Positions 8,446 to 18,749 are shown, counted from the stretch's first letter. The stretch: DNA of 27,694 nt from a virus (IMGVR_UViG_3300020159_001694:1-27694); one strand, 5' to 3'. The notes: generated from the letters alone by a model not told the origin. Made by a program: numbers and translations.

Positions 8446-9626
8446 AAATATACGTACACAATTATTATTCAAAGCAGTTATTTTTTAAATTGTGTCATAA
8501 CACAACTGATAAGGAATTTAACATATCAGGAAGATTGGCAAATGTTAAATGTAATTACAATGGAATTACATACGAATTAGTATTCAATCCGGATATCCAT
8601 AATAATACCGACGGATTACATTTGATTGATTATTATTCAATTAGACAAGACTTTCAAAGTTATCCGGATTTTAAAGATTGCGGAAGTTCAGATACTATGG
8701 TCGATGTTTCGGTTATGTCTAAACTATCCGATATTCTTGAGAATAAATTAAATTGGATAGTCCTCATTTTTAAAACGGAAAAAATATTCTCAAAATACGA
8801 TGAGGAACCAAATCAACATATGATTGAATTTGAGGGGAATGTAGATAGGTTGTATAAACATAAAGTATTGACTGATAATGTTTTATTAAACAAGGAGTAC
8901 CAACATAAAAATCCAAATGTTTATTTTACATTTACCAATGTCATTTTTAATTGGAATGGACATAATGATTTAAGATGGTATTACGAGTTCAAATATATCT
9001 TCAATAGATTGGACCACGAATATAAATTAGGGTATTCAATAATGACCTCTAAGTCCCACAGGAAACTCATTGCCAATGGGTTAAAAGACATTAAAGATGT
9101 TACGGTGTCTCAATCTGATAAACTAAGTAATGACTTTGTCGAGGGGGTAGAAATTAACAAATATAATGGTGAAACTGATTTTGATAATGTTGATTACATA
9201 GTAAATCTACACAATGGTTTAGATATGTTTTTCAGAAGGTTAGCCAAATCTAAAATGCACGTATTAGATGAGAGTCACGGAGGAAAAAAATATGATGTAG
9301 TTTTTCATTATTTAACCGAAAAAACTCTTGGGTTTGTACTTGCTGAGATTCCATTTATTTCAACACATTCATATCCATTAGATTGTATTCACAAAATGAT
9401 TGATATTGAGGAGCATCCTTTTATGGATAGTTTCAGAAAACATAAGGGTGACCCGTTACTGTTTGTTGAATTTGTAAAAGAATTTATGTGGGATTTTGAC
9501 CACAACTATAACTTATGTAAAGAGTGGTCCATTAAGTGTCATAATAAGTTTATGGAGAAAATAAATAAAGAAAATTCATTATTTGATTTAATACAAGAAA
9601 TATGGAATGGACAGAATACTTTTTAG
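8442..9626 (+). CDS. Hypothetical protein, possibly GT10/fucosyltransferase-like glycosyltransferase
   Basis: 394 aa. C-terminal 'LDESH...YLTEKTLGFVLAEIPFI' resembles the 'Y(V/I)TEK...P(I/F)' motif of GT10-like proteins. Confidence 0.5.
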   Translation: MKIYVHNYYSKQLFFKLCHNTTDKEFNISGRLANVKCNYNGITYELVFNPDIHNNTDGLHLIDYYSIRQDFQSYPDFKDCGSSDTMVDVSVMSKLSDILENKLNWIVLIFKTEKIFSKYDEEPNQHMIEFEGNVDRLYKHKVLTDNVLLNKEYQHKNPNVYFTFTNVIFNWNGHNDLRWYYEFKYIFNRLDHEYKLGYSIMTSKSHRKLIANGLKDIKDVTVSQSDKLSNDFVEGVEINKYNGETDFDNVDYIVNLHNGLDMFFRRLAKSKMHVLDESHGGKKYDVVFHYLTEKTLGFVLAEIPFISTHSYPLDCIHKMIDIEEHPFMDSFRKHKGDPLLFVEFVKEFMWDFDHNYNLCKEWSIKCHNKFMEKINKENSLFDLIQEIWNGQNTF

Positions 9627-10042
9627 GGATTGCGGAACAAGTAAAACTTAAATCTAAGGACCAATCTACACAGATAGGTGCAGTTATAGTCGGTGAGGAC
9701 AATGAGGTACTCTCTACGGGTTATAATTCGTTTCCAAGGGGTTTGGACGATTCTAAACAAGAACGTCAGGAAAGACCTGAAAAGTACTTCTGGTTTGAAC
9801 ACGCGGAACGTAACGCAATTTATAATGCTGCAAGAGTTGGTATACCACTAAAAGGGTCGTCAATATATCTCACTTCGGGATTACCGTGTATGGACTGTGC
9901 TAGAGGTATAGTAAATAGCGGAATTAGGGTTGTTTACTGTAAACACATATGTACCACAAAAAATAAGGAGAAGTGGGGTGAATCTCAAAATAAATCCTAC
10001 CAACTTCTCCTTGAATGTAATGTAGATGTAATTTTTTATTAA
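9602..10042 (+). CDS. dCMP deaminase
   Basis: 'SKD.STQIGAVIV', 'GYNSFPRG', 'HAERNAI' and 'PCMDC' zinc-binding motifs. Confidence 0.95.
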   Translation: MEWTEYFLGIAEQVKLKSKDQSTQIGAVIVGEDNEVLSTGYNSFPRGLDDSKQERQERPEKYFWFEHAERNAIYNAARVGIPLKGSSIYLTSGLPCMDCARGIVNSGIRVVYCKHICTTKNKEKWGESQNKSYQLLLECNVDVIFY

Positions 10043-10807
10043 TTACCAAGTTTTACAAGCCCAATATCTCGCCTTCCAACGAGGACCCGGGTTGTCACAA
10101 TTGTGTCTTGCTCTAAATGATTTTCTTCTTTCAGGGTTATTCTTTTTAATAACCATTCTCTTACCTTTTGCGGATTTACCACCAAAACCAAAGTTTACTT
10201 TAACGACTTTACCTTTATCGTTCTTAACAAAAACTTTAAACTTTTTGATGTCTCCTTGCATAATTTTACCAAGTTGTACTTTACGTCCTTGGTATTCCGC
10301 TTCATTCAAAATATCGTCAGCAATTAAGTCAGTTTCCTCAACCGGTCCATATTCTAAACTCTCAAATAACTGAACATCTTCTTTTGGTAAGTCGATGTCA
10401 CCATTTAGATAAAGTTCGTAAGATTCCCAAATAAGTTGGTTATAACTTAATGAGTCTTTTTTGAATACACTACTTGTGATTGGTCTTTTAGATTCAATGT
10501 GATATTTTAATCCGTCAGATAAATCAACACCTTCATTCATCAATGAGGGTACGAATATTTCGTTATTATCAGGTGAGAAATTAATTTTAATATCTTGACC
10601 TGTTTTATTTGTTTCATTCATAATAAAATCAAAGACTTGGTCTAAATTTTCTTTAGCCACAGAAACGTGGTCATCAGCCCAATCGTGACCATTTTCTAAA
10701 ATTTGATTTATTTCATTTTCATCGATTTCAGATAGTAAATCACATTGTCTTTTCATCTGTTGTAGATTACCAAAAAACATATAATTTCCTGATTTTTGTT
10801 CTTTCAT
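10043..10807 (-). CDS. Hypothetical multi-segment protein with a basic C-terminal domain
   Basis: 254 aa. Acidic N-terminal segments, then 'LNEAEYQGRKV..KVNFG...RRKSFRARHNC...KARYWACKTW'. Confidence 0.7.
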   Translation of the reverse strand: MKEQKSGNYMFFGNLQQMKRQCDLLSEIDENEINQILENGHDWADDHVSVAKENLDQVFDFIMNETNKTGQDIKINFSPDNNEIFVPSLMNEGVDLSDGLKYHIESKRPITSSVFKKDSLSYNQLIWESYELYLNGDIDLPKEDVQLFESLEYGPVEETDLIADDILNEAEYQGRKVQLGKIMQGDIKKFKVFVKNDKGKVVKVNFGFGGKSAKGKRMVIKKNNPERRKSFRARHNCDNPGPRWKARYWACKTW

Positions 10808-10814
10808 ATTTTAA

Positions 10815-12188
10815 TTATTTTTCAGATATTATTTCAAATTTTATTTCATCTCTATAAAAAATCTCTTCCGTGTGAGTTTTAGCTTTAACCTCAATCCAAT
10901 ATTCTCTCGGTATCATATAACTAGTATCTAAAACAAATGAGTTTTCGTTTGTTCTATCTAATTTAGTCCAATCAAATACATTAACTTGAGTGTGTCCTTC
11001 CTTAACATATATTCTATAATACACATCATCAAATAACACAGATTTAGGTTGGTTGATTGACCTTAAGGTCACCACTACCTTTCTATTTTCACCTCTCTTA
11101 ATTTTTTCATTTAATTTTACGCCGAAGAATTGAATTACATATCTTTCCAATTCAGTTTGGTTTGCACCAATGGTGAATAATGACGTATGTGGTTTTGGTA
11201 TGAACTTTTGTGTAACATCACTAAATGAAACACCATCTAATTCAATACCCTTCCATTTGTCATAGAAGAACCTTTTACCGTCACATAAAACCCCGCTAAT
11301 ACCGAAAGTCACTTTATAAACTCCCTTTCTGATTTTGGTTGTTGTTAAGTTCGATAACCCTGAAATTACGTTATTATTGCTGTCTAAAATATCAACAGTT
11401 GGTAGTACATCTAAATCGTAAAAATTGGTTCCTTTGGTGATATATAGATAAAGGTTTCTATCCACGTCCGCAATGAAATTTTCTCGATTATCTTCAATTG
11501 TATCATCGAACACGGTCTCAACAAACGGTTCAAAGAAGGTTTGTGTATACATTGTGTAGAACGCAACTGATTGGTCCACATCGTTTGTAACCGTCATAAA
11601 ATCAGGTGAAAACGCCAAAACTAAACCGTAGTTTATTGACGTACCTGTCACTATCCCATTAACATATGATGTGATGTCGGCTTTTAAATTTTCATTACCA
11701 TTGTCGAAATGTATGGTTGTAATGGTTTGAGATGGACTGGTAGAATACACACCTTCTTGTGACCAAGTATCTAAGGTAGTTCTATTGAACCAGTTTGAAG
11801 GTCTTTGGTCAAACGTTTCATTACCTGATGTATAATCATAAGCTTGTTCATAATCAAAACCAACACCCTCATCCCAAAACTCGTTTATGGGTGAAATGAT
11901 TAAGTCAAATGAGGTAGTTCTTTCTCGACCTTTACCGTTTTTTTGACCTAATAAACTTTCATCACCAAAAATCGTATTTGTTAAATGTAAATAATGTTTT
12001 GTGTTTGGTGTAATCACCAAATCACCATTATCAATTTTAGTTTTTAAATCTGATAAATCAACCCTAAAAATATATTTTGAAAATCCCGAACCGTAAAAAA
12101 TCTCGGTATTTGGGTTTTTGGCAGTATTAATCTGCGAATCCTTGATAAGGGTATTGTTTTTATTAAAATATGAACGGAAATATGACAT
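10815..12188 (-). CDS. Putative virion structural protein (DNRLRE/CBM96-like N-terminal domain plus beta-rich C-terminal domains)
   Basis: 'IFRVDLSDL', 'WDEGVG', 'NW..RTT..W...G', 'ADITSYV', 'NYGLVL'. Adjacent to the baseplate spike gene. Confidence 0.6.
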   Translation of the reverse strand: MSYFRSYFNKNNTLIKDSQINTAKNPNTEIFYGSGFSKYIFRVDLSDLKTKIDNGDLVITPNTKHYLHLTNTIFGDESLLGQKNGKGRERTTSFDLIISPINEFWDEGVGFDYEQAYDYTSGNETFDQRPSNWFNRTTLDTWSQEGVYSTSPSQTITTIHFDNGNENLKADITSYVNGIVTGTSINYGLVLAFSPDFMTVTNDVDQSVAFYTMYTQTFFEPFVETVFDDTIEDNRENFIADVDRNLYLYITKGTNFYDLDVLPTVDILDSNNNVISGLSNLTTTKIRKGVYKVTFGISGVLCDGKRFFYDKWKGIELDGVSFSDVTQKFIPKPHTSLFTIGANQTELERYVIQFFGVKLNEKIKRGENRKVVVTLRSINQPKSVLFDDVYYRIYVKEGHTQVNVFDWTKLDRTNENSFVLDTSYMIPREYWIEVKAKTHTEEIFYRDEIKFEIISEK

Positions 12189-12211
12189 CTTTTTTATTTA
12201 ATAAATATCAA

Positions 12212-13720
12212 TTAGTTTATTCTAATCGAGTTGTTTACTAAATCTTGTCTCATTGATTCGATTAAATCTTTCAATAACGCCATTCTTTCACTATCCATAT
12301 GACCCGGTTCTGCCCAATTGTGTACGTGACCAACCATAAATTCATACATTTTTACAAGAATTTTAATTAAAACCTCACCCCTAACAGTTGAGTAGGTACA
12401 AGGTTCCATCTCAATAAGATAATCTTCTTGGGTGTATTCATAGTTGTCAATTTTTGTGAAATCGACACTTTTTTTAGGCCCTTTATTAGTGCTTGATGAA
12501 ACGAAATAAACTTTATCTGCAACTAAATTTGCAAAAGTTTGTTCACCTTTATTATCCTGAGCCTTTAATACTTTTATGACTTTTTCAGTATTTTTAGTTG
12601 GGGGAGTTGCAAATTGTTTTGAGAAAATTAATCCACTACCCCTACCAACACCCTTAACTTGAATATTATCAACGAATTTTTTTCTGTTAATTTTTTGAGT
12701 GTCGTTAATTGTTGTCCTTGTTTTCAATTCCTCTGCCGGTCTAAAATAAAAAGGATGAATATCGTCTTTAGGATAAGATGTGTTAAATTTTGATAAACCT
12801 TCCTCAGATAACGTATATAATAACTCTCTCATTTCTATGTACGCATCTTGTACGGATGTTACTGAAATTGTGATTGTTGAGCCGGTTAATGACCCGTCAT
12901 TATAAATTTTAACTTTTTTAGTATCAGTTATATCTACTGAGCTCGATTCATTAAAATAATTAGAATCGAACACAGGACCATATGTGTCTAAAATTTTATA
13001 AACATTAATTTTTACTTCTGTAGGTGTTGTTAAATCATTTAACGAGTACTCAATTAAATGATTAATTTTTGCAACAGGTATTTTTGTTATCTTTATTTTC
13101 TCATCCTTAACTTCCATCGTTCTTGGAAATTTCTTAAGTCCGAGTCTTGATATTTTCTCAGATAACAATGGTACTTCGGTTAATCGTTGTCTAAATTTTT
13201 GATTAGGTACGTCTTTATTAATAAGTTTACCACCTCTTAACATCATACCATTTTTTGTGAAAACTATATCAGAACCATAATTTCCATTTAACGCAGTATC
13301 GTCTAAAGTAGCCATTGTACCATACGATTTTCTATCAATATAGTTTCCTCCCTTATCTTTTAAATCAGGTAAACCCTCAACAATTACACCTCCATAAGTT
13401 GTGTCTTGATGTTGTGATGTAAATGATTGACTTTCAAAATCGTGAGGAGAAGTGTATGGTCCTGATACGTACTCTACGTTTTGAAAATCTTTATCGGTGT
13501 CGTATTGAATAATTTTTATAGATTGTCCATACTGTGGTATTATATTAATATGTCCTGGTAAAAAAGGAATTGCAATAAATGGGTCTTTACTGTCCCATTC
13601 AGTATATTTCATTCCCGCAGCAACTTCACTTTGGAATTGACCATAAGGTCTATATCTGATTCTACCAATACCCTTTGGGTCTATATTTGAAACGCAAACA
13701 CCGACATCAATTATTTTCAT
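12212..13720 (-). CDS. Baseplate hub/central spike protein (gp5/gpV-like OB-fold N-terminus)
   Basis: 'GVCVSNIDPKGIGRIRYR...PFLPGHINIIPQYGQSI' OB-fold signature. C-terminal 'VRGE.L...GHVH' H-x-H spike-tip motif. Confidence 0.75.
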   Translation of the reverse strand: MKIIDVGVCVSNIDPKGIGRIRYRPYGQFQSEVAAGMKYTEWDSKDPFIAIPFLPGHINIIPQYGQSIKIIQYDTDKDFQNVEYVSGPYTSPHDFESQSFTSQHQDTTYGGVIVEGLPDLKDKGGNYIDRKSYGTMATLDDTALNGNYGSDIVFTKNGMMLRGGKLINKDVPNQKFRQRLTEVPLLSEKISRLGLKKFPRTMEVKDEKIKITKIPVAKINHLIEYSLNDLTTPTEVKINVYKILDTYGPVFDSNYFNESSSVDITDTKKVKIYNDGSLTGSTITISVTSVQDAYIEMRELLYTLSEEGLSKFNTSYPKDDIHPFYFRPAEELKTRTTINDTQKINRKKFVDNIQVKGVGRGSGLIFSKQFATPPTKNTEKVIKVLKAQDNKGEQTFANLVADKVYFVSSSTNKGPKKSVDFTKIDNYEYTQEDYLIEMEPCTYSTVRGEVLIKILVKMYEFMVGHVHNWAEPGHMDSERMALLKDLIESMRQDLVNNSIRIN

Positions 13721-13938
13721 TATGTTACTCTATTACCAATTTCATTATTTATTACTTCATAATACTCTTCAACTGTATCCATATGTCTTGTCAGTTCGAC
13801 AATAAGATTTTTTGTTTTTTCGTGTTCGTCCAATAATATATCTCTAGCGTCAAATAAATCCTTGTTTGACTTGTCTTTAACGTTTTTAAAAACCTCGACT
13901 ATTTTATCTTTATCCATATTAAAATAATTTTCCCGCAC
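13720..13938 (-). CDS. Small hypothetical coiled-coil protein (true start probably at MDKDK)
   Basis: Its TAA overlaps the next gene's ATG at 13720 (translational coupling). Confidence 0.65.
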   Translation of the reverse strand: MRENYFNMDKDKIVEVFKNVKDKSNKDLFDARDILLDEHEKTKNLIVELTRHMDTVEEYYEVINNEIGNRVT

Positions 13939-15811
13939 CTACAACCATAGGAGTTATGAATGCCTGTCCAACACCTGCCGGTATTACCGATGGTTTCAAT
14001 CCAATTTTAACAAACGAATCTTCGTCCATCGTTTTACTATATCCGTCAATGGTTGCTTTAATTGCTTTATTCCATTTATTTTCTCTATCATATAATGGAC
14101 CTGTAGGTATACCACTTCTTGTCATATTCTCAATGGTTGCCATATACGCTTTATCAGCACTAAAACCCGGAAGTTTATCTGCTAACATAAGTAATATACC
14201 AGGTATTGGTATTTTTAATCTTTGATTTATTGCACCGTTTATTGTGGATAAAATTGCATTAAAAATAGCTTCACAACTATCTAGTTTAGTTGTTAATAAT
14301 TTGAGTAGGAGTGTAATTAATGATAATAAGATTGCCTTCCATCTTTTTAATTTTCTTAATACGATTGATTTAGCAACTTTTTTAATAAAATCTAACAAAT
14401 CCTTTTTAATAAATTTCCAAAAAGCTTGGATAAATTTCCAAAAGATTCTTTTTATCACATCAAAAAATAGTTTTGCCATTCTTCTAAGTAATTCCGCAGC
14501 AGTTGTTACCGCACCTTTAAATAACTTGAATAGTATTACTATTGGTAAAAATAACTTTGGTGATAGGATTGATTGTACGAGTGCTTTAGGTAAATTTAAT
14601 ATAAATAAACCCGTGATACTCGCCTGCAAATTATCTAATCCAACCGACCCGCCGGATTGTTCATAACTTTCACTAGCAACCTTATTAAGTGTGCTATTAA
14701 TTATAGAATCTAAATTTTTACCAGGTTTTTTAGTGAAATGTACAAAATCCTCTAAGTGGTTTTTATTGACGGGTGTTTCAAAATTATTACAATCAGCATA
14801 CCTTAAAACTCTTCTTAATCTTGCGTTTTCATCATCAATATCAATTCCTTCTACATCATCAAAATCAAAATAAGTTTCTGTATCGTCCTCTTCATTATTA
14901 GTTGCATCTACCGCGTTTTCATTTAAAGGACTTGAGTTTTTTTGTGGTTTACCACAAATAGCAAATAATTTCTGACATATACGATTTAAATTATTCATAC
15001 CAACCGTAAATGATTGTGGGGCGTCATCCATACCTTGTACTGTCATCATCATTGCCTGTTTCACCACATTACCAATATCAGGGTACTCAATTGCAGAATA
15101 ATAATCTGTTAAAAAATTTTCAACGGTAGTTGTTCCCGAAATACCTTGTAAACCTGAAATATTATAAAACTGTGATGAGTCGTTCCACTGCATACTAAAA
15201 ATAGTTTTATAATCTTTGTTGTTAAAGAAATATGCAGAAGATGAATCAAAAGTATTATATAGTTCTTTGTTCATTTTTATGAAACCTGTGTTGTCACTTG
15301 TTTCATACATAATTTGTCCTGTATTACTATCAGGAGCAACTTTAAGCATACTTAAAAAATCAATCTCTTTTGGGGATATGTCGACATTGTTTGACGGCAT
15401 AAGGCTATTACTACCACATATACCTCCACCACTAAAAAATGACTTCTTTACAGAATCCATAACAATTTGTTTAGATTCTCTAAGAGTTATATTTGAAGAT
15501 TCTTTTGCGTAATATTTTAACTTATTTTTTACAACCGGTTTTTGGTTTGGGTTAATGCTATTAGTTTCATTCGAACCTAAGAACCCCTCAAAAGTTTTAA
15601 TCAGTTCACCAAAAATGTCTTTTTTCTGAGTTTGTTTGGCTTTCCTTTTATCTTTAAAATCATCGATTTTTCTCTTGATTGAACCGTCAATATCAGGCAT
15701 TTGGTCTTTTACCAAATCAAATACATCATCGACATATGTTGGTTTCTCATCCGCCAATTTCTTAATTGCGTCAAGTTTTGCCCTAATAAGTGCTCTTTGT
15801 GGATTTGCCAT
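13919..15811 (-). CDS. Hypothetical 630-aa protein, probably virion/baseplate associated, with hydrophobic or amphipathic C-terminal helices
   Basis: Long ORF in the operon with the spike gene. Segments 'LFLPIVILFKLF' and 'AILLSLITLLLKLL'. Confidence 0.7.
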   Translation of the reverse strand: MANPQRALIRAKLDAIKKLADEKPTYVDDVFDLVKDQMPDIDGSIKRKIDDFKDKRKAKQTQKKDIFGELIKTFEGFLGSNETNSINPNQKPVVKNKLKYYAKESSNITLRESKQIVMDSVKKSFFSGGGICGSNSLMPSNNVDISPKEIDFLSMLKVAPDSNTGQIMYETSDNTGFIKMNKELYNTFDSSSAYFFNNKDYKTIFSMQWNDSSQFYNISGLQGISGTTTVENFLTDYYSAIEYPDIGNVVKQAMMMTVQGMDDAPQSFTVGMNNLNRICQKLFAICGKPQKNSSPLNENAVDATNNEEDDTETYFDFDDVEGIDIDDENARLRRVLRYADCNNFETPVNKNHLEDFVHFTKKPGKNLDSIINSTLNKVASESYEQSGGSVGLDNLQASITGLFILNLPKALVQSILSPKLFLPIVILFKLFKGAVTTAAELLRRMAKLFFDVIKRIFWKFIQAFWKFIKKDLLDFIKKVAKSIVLRKLKRWKAILLSLITLLLKLLTTKLDSCEAIFNAILSTINGAINQRLKIPIPGILLMLADKLPGFSADKAYMATIENMTRSGIPTGPLYDRENKWNKAIKATIDGYSKTMDEDSFVKIGLKPSVIPAGVGQAFITPMVVGAGKLF

Positions 15812-16188
15812 TAGTTATCGTAATTCGCGTTTTTAATGTTATTATCATCCTCACTCATTAGTTTCTCTAAGAGTTCTCTATCCTCTTCAGATAGACTCAT
15901 TTTTGAGAATCCTTCTTTTCCCCCACCACCGCCTGATTGTTTTAATAACGCACCTTGTAGTTTTACTAATGATATTTTCTTCTCAGTACAATCGTTTAGA
16001 ATTTTTTGTTGTTCCTTAATTACAGGACCGATTGTACTCATATCTTCGGCGTCTTTCATAAAAGATAACATCTTCTTCATAATTAAAGACGCAGTACTTC
16101 TGTTCTCAACAATATCGTTGTAAATCTCCTGCATTAGTGCTAATGCGGAGTCGGTGTCTAAGGATATGTTTTTTCTTCTATCTTTCAT
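15811..16188 (-). CDS. Hypothetical helical protein
   Basis: ORF 15811-16194. The start is probably the second Met (16188), because the first overlaps the TATTTATG motif. Stop/start coupled with the next gene. Confidence 0.7.
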   Translation of the reverse strand: MKDRRKNISLDTDSALALMQEIYNDIVENRSTASLIMKKMLSFMKDAEDMSTIGPVIKEQQKILNDCTEKKISLVKLQGALLKQSGGGGGKEGFSKMSLSEEDRELLEKLMSEDDNNIKNANYDN

Positions 16189-16205
16189 ATACATAAATAG
16201 ATATT

Positions 16206-16907
16206 TTATGAATTTAGAAAATCAAAAATAACACCGTCGTACATTTTTCTGTATTTTTTAAGAGCAACCCTAATTTCTTTGGTATTAAGGGATGTCATTT
16301 CTCGTAGTGAAAGTAATATTAAATTTTTATTGAATTTGTTACCTTCTCCCACCTGAAAAATCTTTTCGAAACTACTAAAAATCTCAAGTAAGGCATATCC
16401 AAGTTTCTGTTCGTTCTCGTTTAAATCCTCCGATTCAATGAATTCCTCAAGTTGGATTGTCATTTTAATTATGACATCCTTATAGTCTAAAGTTGTTTCA
16501 TCTAACGTATATGAGAACTCAGGATTGTCCTCCATATCTGATGATATATCATCATAAGATACCGTTCTATTATTATCCTTGGTATCTTTTTGGATTGCAC
16601 CCATAAGGTAATTCTTACAGATAGTTCCAAAATACGAATAGGCCTTATGGTTTTTCGTATGGTCAAACTTACTAATCTTAGTCATTAAAAATGACATCGT
16701 ATCGGTGTGTAAGTCTGAAAACTCGTAATCTTTTCTATATAATTTATAACGTCGAATGATTGATTCAACCATTATAATTAGGGGTTCTCGTAAATATTCG
16801 TTGAATATCTTGTTTCTTTCCGCTTCGTCAGTACTTTCAAGGTACATAACTACCGCCTTCTCTTGGTCCTCCCCAAAATATATTTTTTGGGTTCTTTTTC
16901 TTGGCAT
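16206..16907 (-). CDS. Phage RNA polymerase sigma factor (gp55-like, probable late sigma)
   Basis: Sigma region-2-like 'DTMSFLMTKISKFDHTKNHKAYSYFGTICKNYL' and N-terminal 'IYF' resemble T4-like late sigma factors. Confidence 0.75.
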   Translation of the reverse strand: MPRKRTQKIYFGEDQEKAVVMYLESTDEAERNKIFNEYLREPLIIMVESIIRRYKLYRKDYEFSDLHTDTMSFLMTKISKFDHTKNHKAYSYFGTICKNYLMGAIQKDTKDNNRTVSYDDISSDMEDNPEFSYTLDETTLDYKDVIIKMTIQLEEFIESEDLNENEQKLGYALLEIFSSFEKIFQVGEGNKFNKNLILLSLREMTSLNTKEIRVALKKYRKMYDGVIFDFLNS

Positions 16908-17701
16908 TAAGCTTCTACATAATTTATATCACGTTTATTTTTGAAGAAAAATTCTTTTTTTGCAGTCTCCAACCAGAACTTAACTTCATTTTCATTAAGT
17001 CTACCGTCTTCAGCATTTCTATAATTCCAAAATAGAGAATCTTCTCTAAAATTAACGTGTTGGTACCCAACTCTCGGGATTACCATAATTTTGACACCGT
17101 TATGTGTTAATCTTAATAAAAATTCATAGGTAAATGTTAACTTAATATTGTCCTTCAATTTACCGTTTTCTTTTATTACTTCGGTTTTAAAAAGACCTCC
17201 ACTTGTTTGATAATTTTGATATTCTAAAAGAACTTCATTATCTACGTATCCTTGGTTGTCTGTAAATCCATAAGCCCAAGCAGATTCATTTGTGTAAGAT
17301 ATGAAGGCACCTTCACTATTAATATCTTTAACAATTGGTAAAAATACATCCACTGTTGGATTGTTTTTAATGTATTCATTTACAGAAGATAACCATACAT
17401 TTTTAAATTCGTCATCAATTTCTAAAATACTGAACCATTCTGTTGAACAATCTTCAATACCTAAATTAATTTGATTACTGAAGCTACTGTCATTAGTTTT
17501 ATTTTCTAATAACTTAACTTCTAATTTTTGACCAAATTCAAAATTATCTAATTTATTTTTTACGTCCGTCGGACAAATAATGGTTAAATAAATGTCATTA
17601 TGAAAATCCTCAATAGATTCTAACGCATTTGATAACATTATTGATTCTTCTTCACCAATTTTGTGGATTGGTAATAATATTGTTATATTCTTATTGCTCA
17701 T
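16907..17701 (-). CDS. Glycosyltransferase, GT-A fold (GT2-like)
   Basis: 'ITILLPIH', 'NALESI', 'QINLGI....EWFSILEIDDEF' DxD-type motif, 'YEFLLRL...G..I'. Confidence 0.8.
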   Translation of the reverse strand: MSNKNITILLPIHKIGEEESIMLSNALESIEDFHNDIYLTIICPTDVKNKLDNFEFGQKLEVKLLENKTNDSSFSNQINLGIEDCSTEWFSILEIDDEFKNVWLSSVNEYIKNNPTVDVFLPIVKDINSEGAFISYTNESAWAYGFTDNQGYVDNEVLLEYQNYQTSGGLFKTEVIKENGKLKDNIKLTFTYEFLLRLTHNGVKIMVIPRVGYQHVNFREDSLFWNYRNAEDGRLNENEVKFWLETAKKEFFFKNKRDINYVEA

Positions 17702-18749
17702 TTTCTTCTTTTTTTAATTTTTCAAGTGCATTTTTTATGGAATCTTTTCTAATTGAGATTAGAGAATTAAAAATTGCTAATGTATTATTGTTATGAGTTT
17801 CTTTATTATACGGTAAAACAGTTTCTCTCATTTTTTCTTTTACTTCACTTGTGAGTTCAACCCCTTCTAACCAAGCTAAAATAAATGTTCCTAAAATCTC
17901 AACTAATTTATTTATATCGTATGTCCATAAACCGTTTTCACTTAACCAATCCGGTTCAGTATTTGGTATTTTACCGACTACAGGAACACCACACTTCATA
18001 GATTCTAACGGGAAGGTACCGAACGTCGATTCATCATCAACCCATACTGATACCATACATTCTTTTAAGTTATCAGCGAATTCGTCATATGACATTTGAA
18101 CCATATCTCTAAATGTAATCCATCTTAATTGTGGATATTTAATGTAAAATTCAGAAATAAATTTTCTATGAATTAACCTATCTCTACAACTGATTGCCAC
18201 ATATGGTTTCGTTGGTTTGTCGCTCGGTCCAAAATTATCACCAATAAAAGGTGGAATTAAGTGAACTAAACTTTCAGGAAAATATTCTGAGATGTATTTT
18301 TTAGAGGAGTTTGTAGTTGTGATACATTTATCAAAACCATAATCACTCCATCTACTACCAATTGGTAATGTTTCAAATATGTAATCTTTTTGTTGTACCA
18401 ATACAACCTTTACAGACTTAATATTGGCCAATTGAGGTAATACGTTCGAGTAATATTCAGGAACAACAATTACATCCTCAACTTTAATTTCAACTTTATC
18501 TTCTTTAATTGCAACAACTTCGATGTCATTATATTTGTCACCTAACCATTCTTCAACACCACCATATGTTTTATCTTCAACTAAAATTTTTACGGTACGA
18601 CCGTTTTCTTTTAGTGTTAATGCCATATCATAGATATTTTTAACGGCTGCTCTTGCATTGTTTTTAGTGTCATATGTTAAAAAATATATGACGTTTTCGT
18701 TATTATCAATCCTACTTAGTGAGGATTCTAACTTTTCAAGGTTACTCAT
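17691..18749 (-). CDS. Glycosyltransferase, GT-B fold (GT4-like)
   Basis: 'DVIVVPE' and 'ESTFGTFPLESMKCGVPVVG' (E-x-F-G-x-x-x-x-E-A/S-M-x-x-G-x-P motif). Confidence 0.82.
   Translation of the reverse strand: MSNLEKLESSLSRIDNNENVIYFLTYDTKNNARAAVKNIYDMALTLKENGRTVKILVEDKTYGGVEEWLGDKYNDIEVVAIKEDKVEIKVEDVIVVPEYYSNVLPQLANIKSVKVVLVQQKDYIFETLPIGSRWSDYGFDKCITTTNSSKKYISEYFPESLVHLIPPFIGDNFGPSDKPTKPYVAISCRDRLIHRKFISEFYIKYPQLRWITFRDMVQMSYDEFADNLKECMVSVWVDDESTFGTFPLESMKCGVPVVGKIPNTEPDWLSENGLWTYDINKLVEILGTFILAWLEGVELTSEVKEKMRETVLPYNKETHNNNTLAIFNSLISIRKDSIKNALEKLKKEENEQ

Noticed and set aside
15811-16194. Possible small terminase subunit
   Set aside because: Size and helicity fit, but no diagnostic motif was recognised and it is not adjacent to the large subunit.
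13956-16944. Several + strand ORFs opposite the - strand operon (also 10092, 17851, 18719, 19084, 19735, 23802, 25454)
   Set aside because: Antisense shadows, often with non-ATG starts and hydrophobic/Ser-biased composition.
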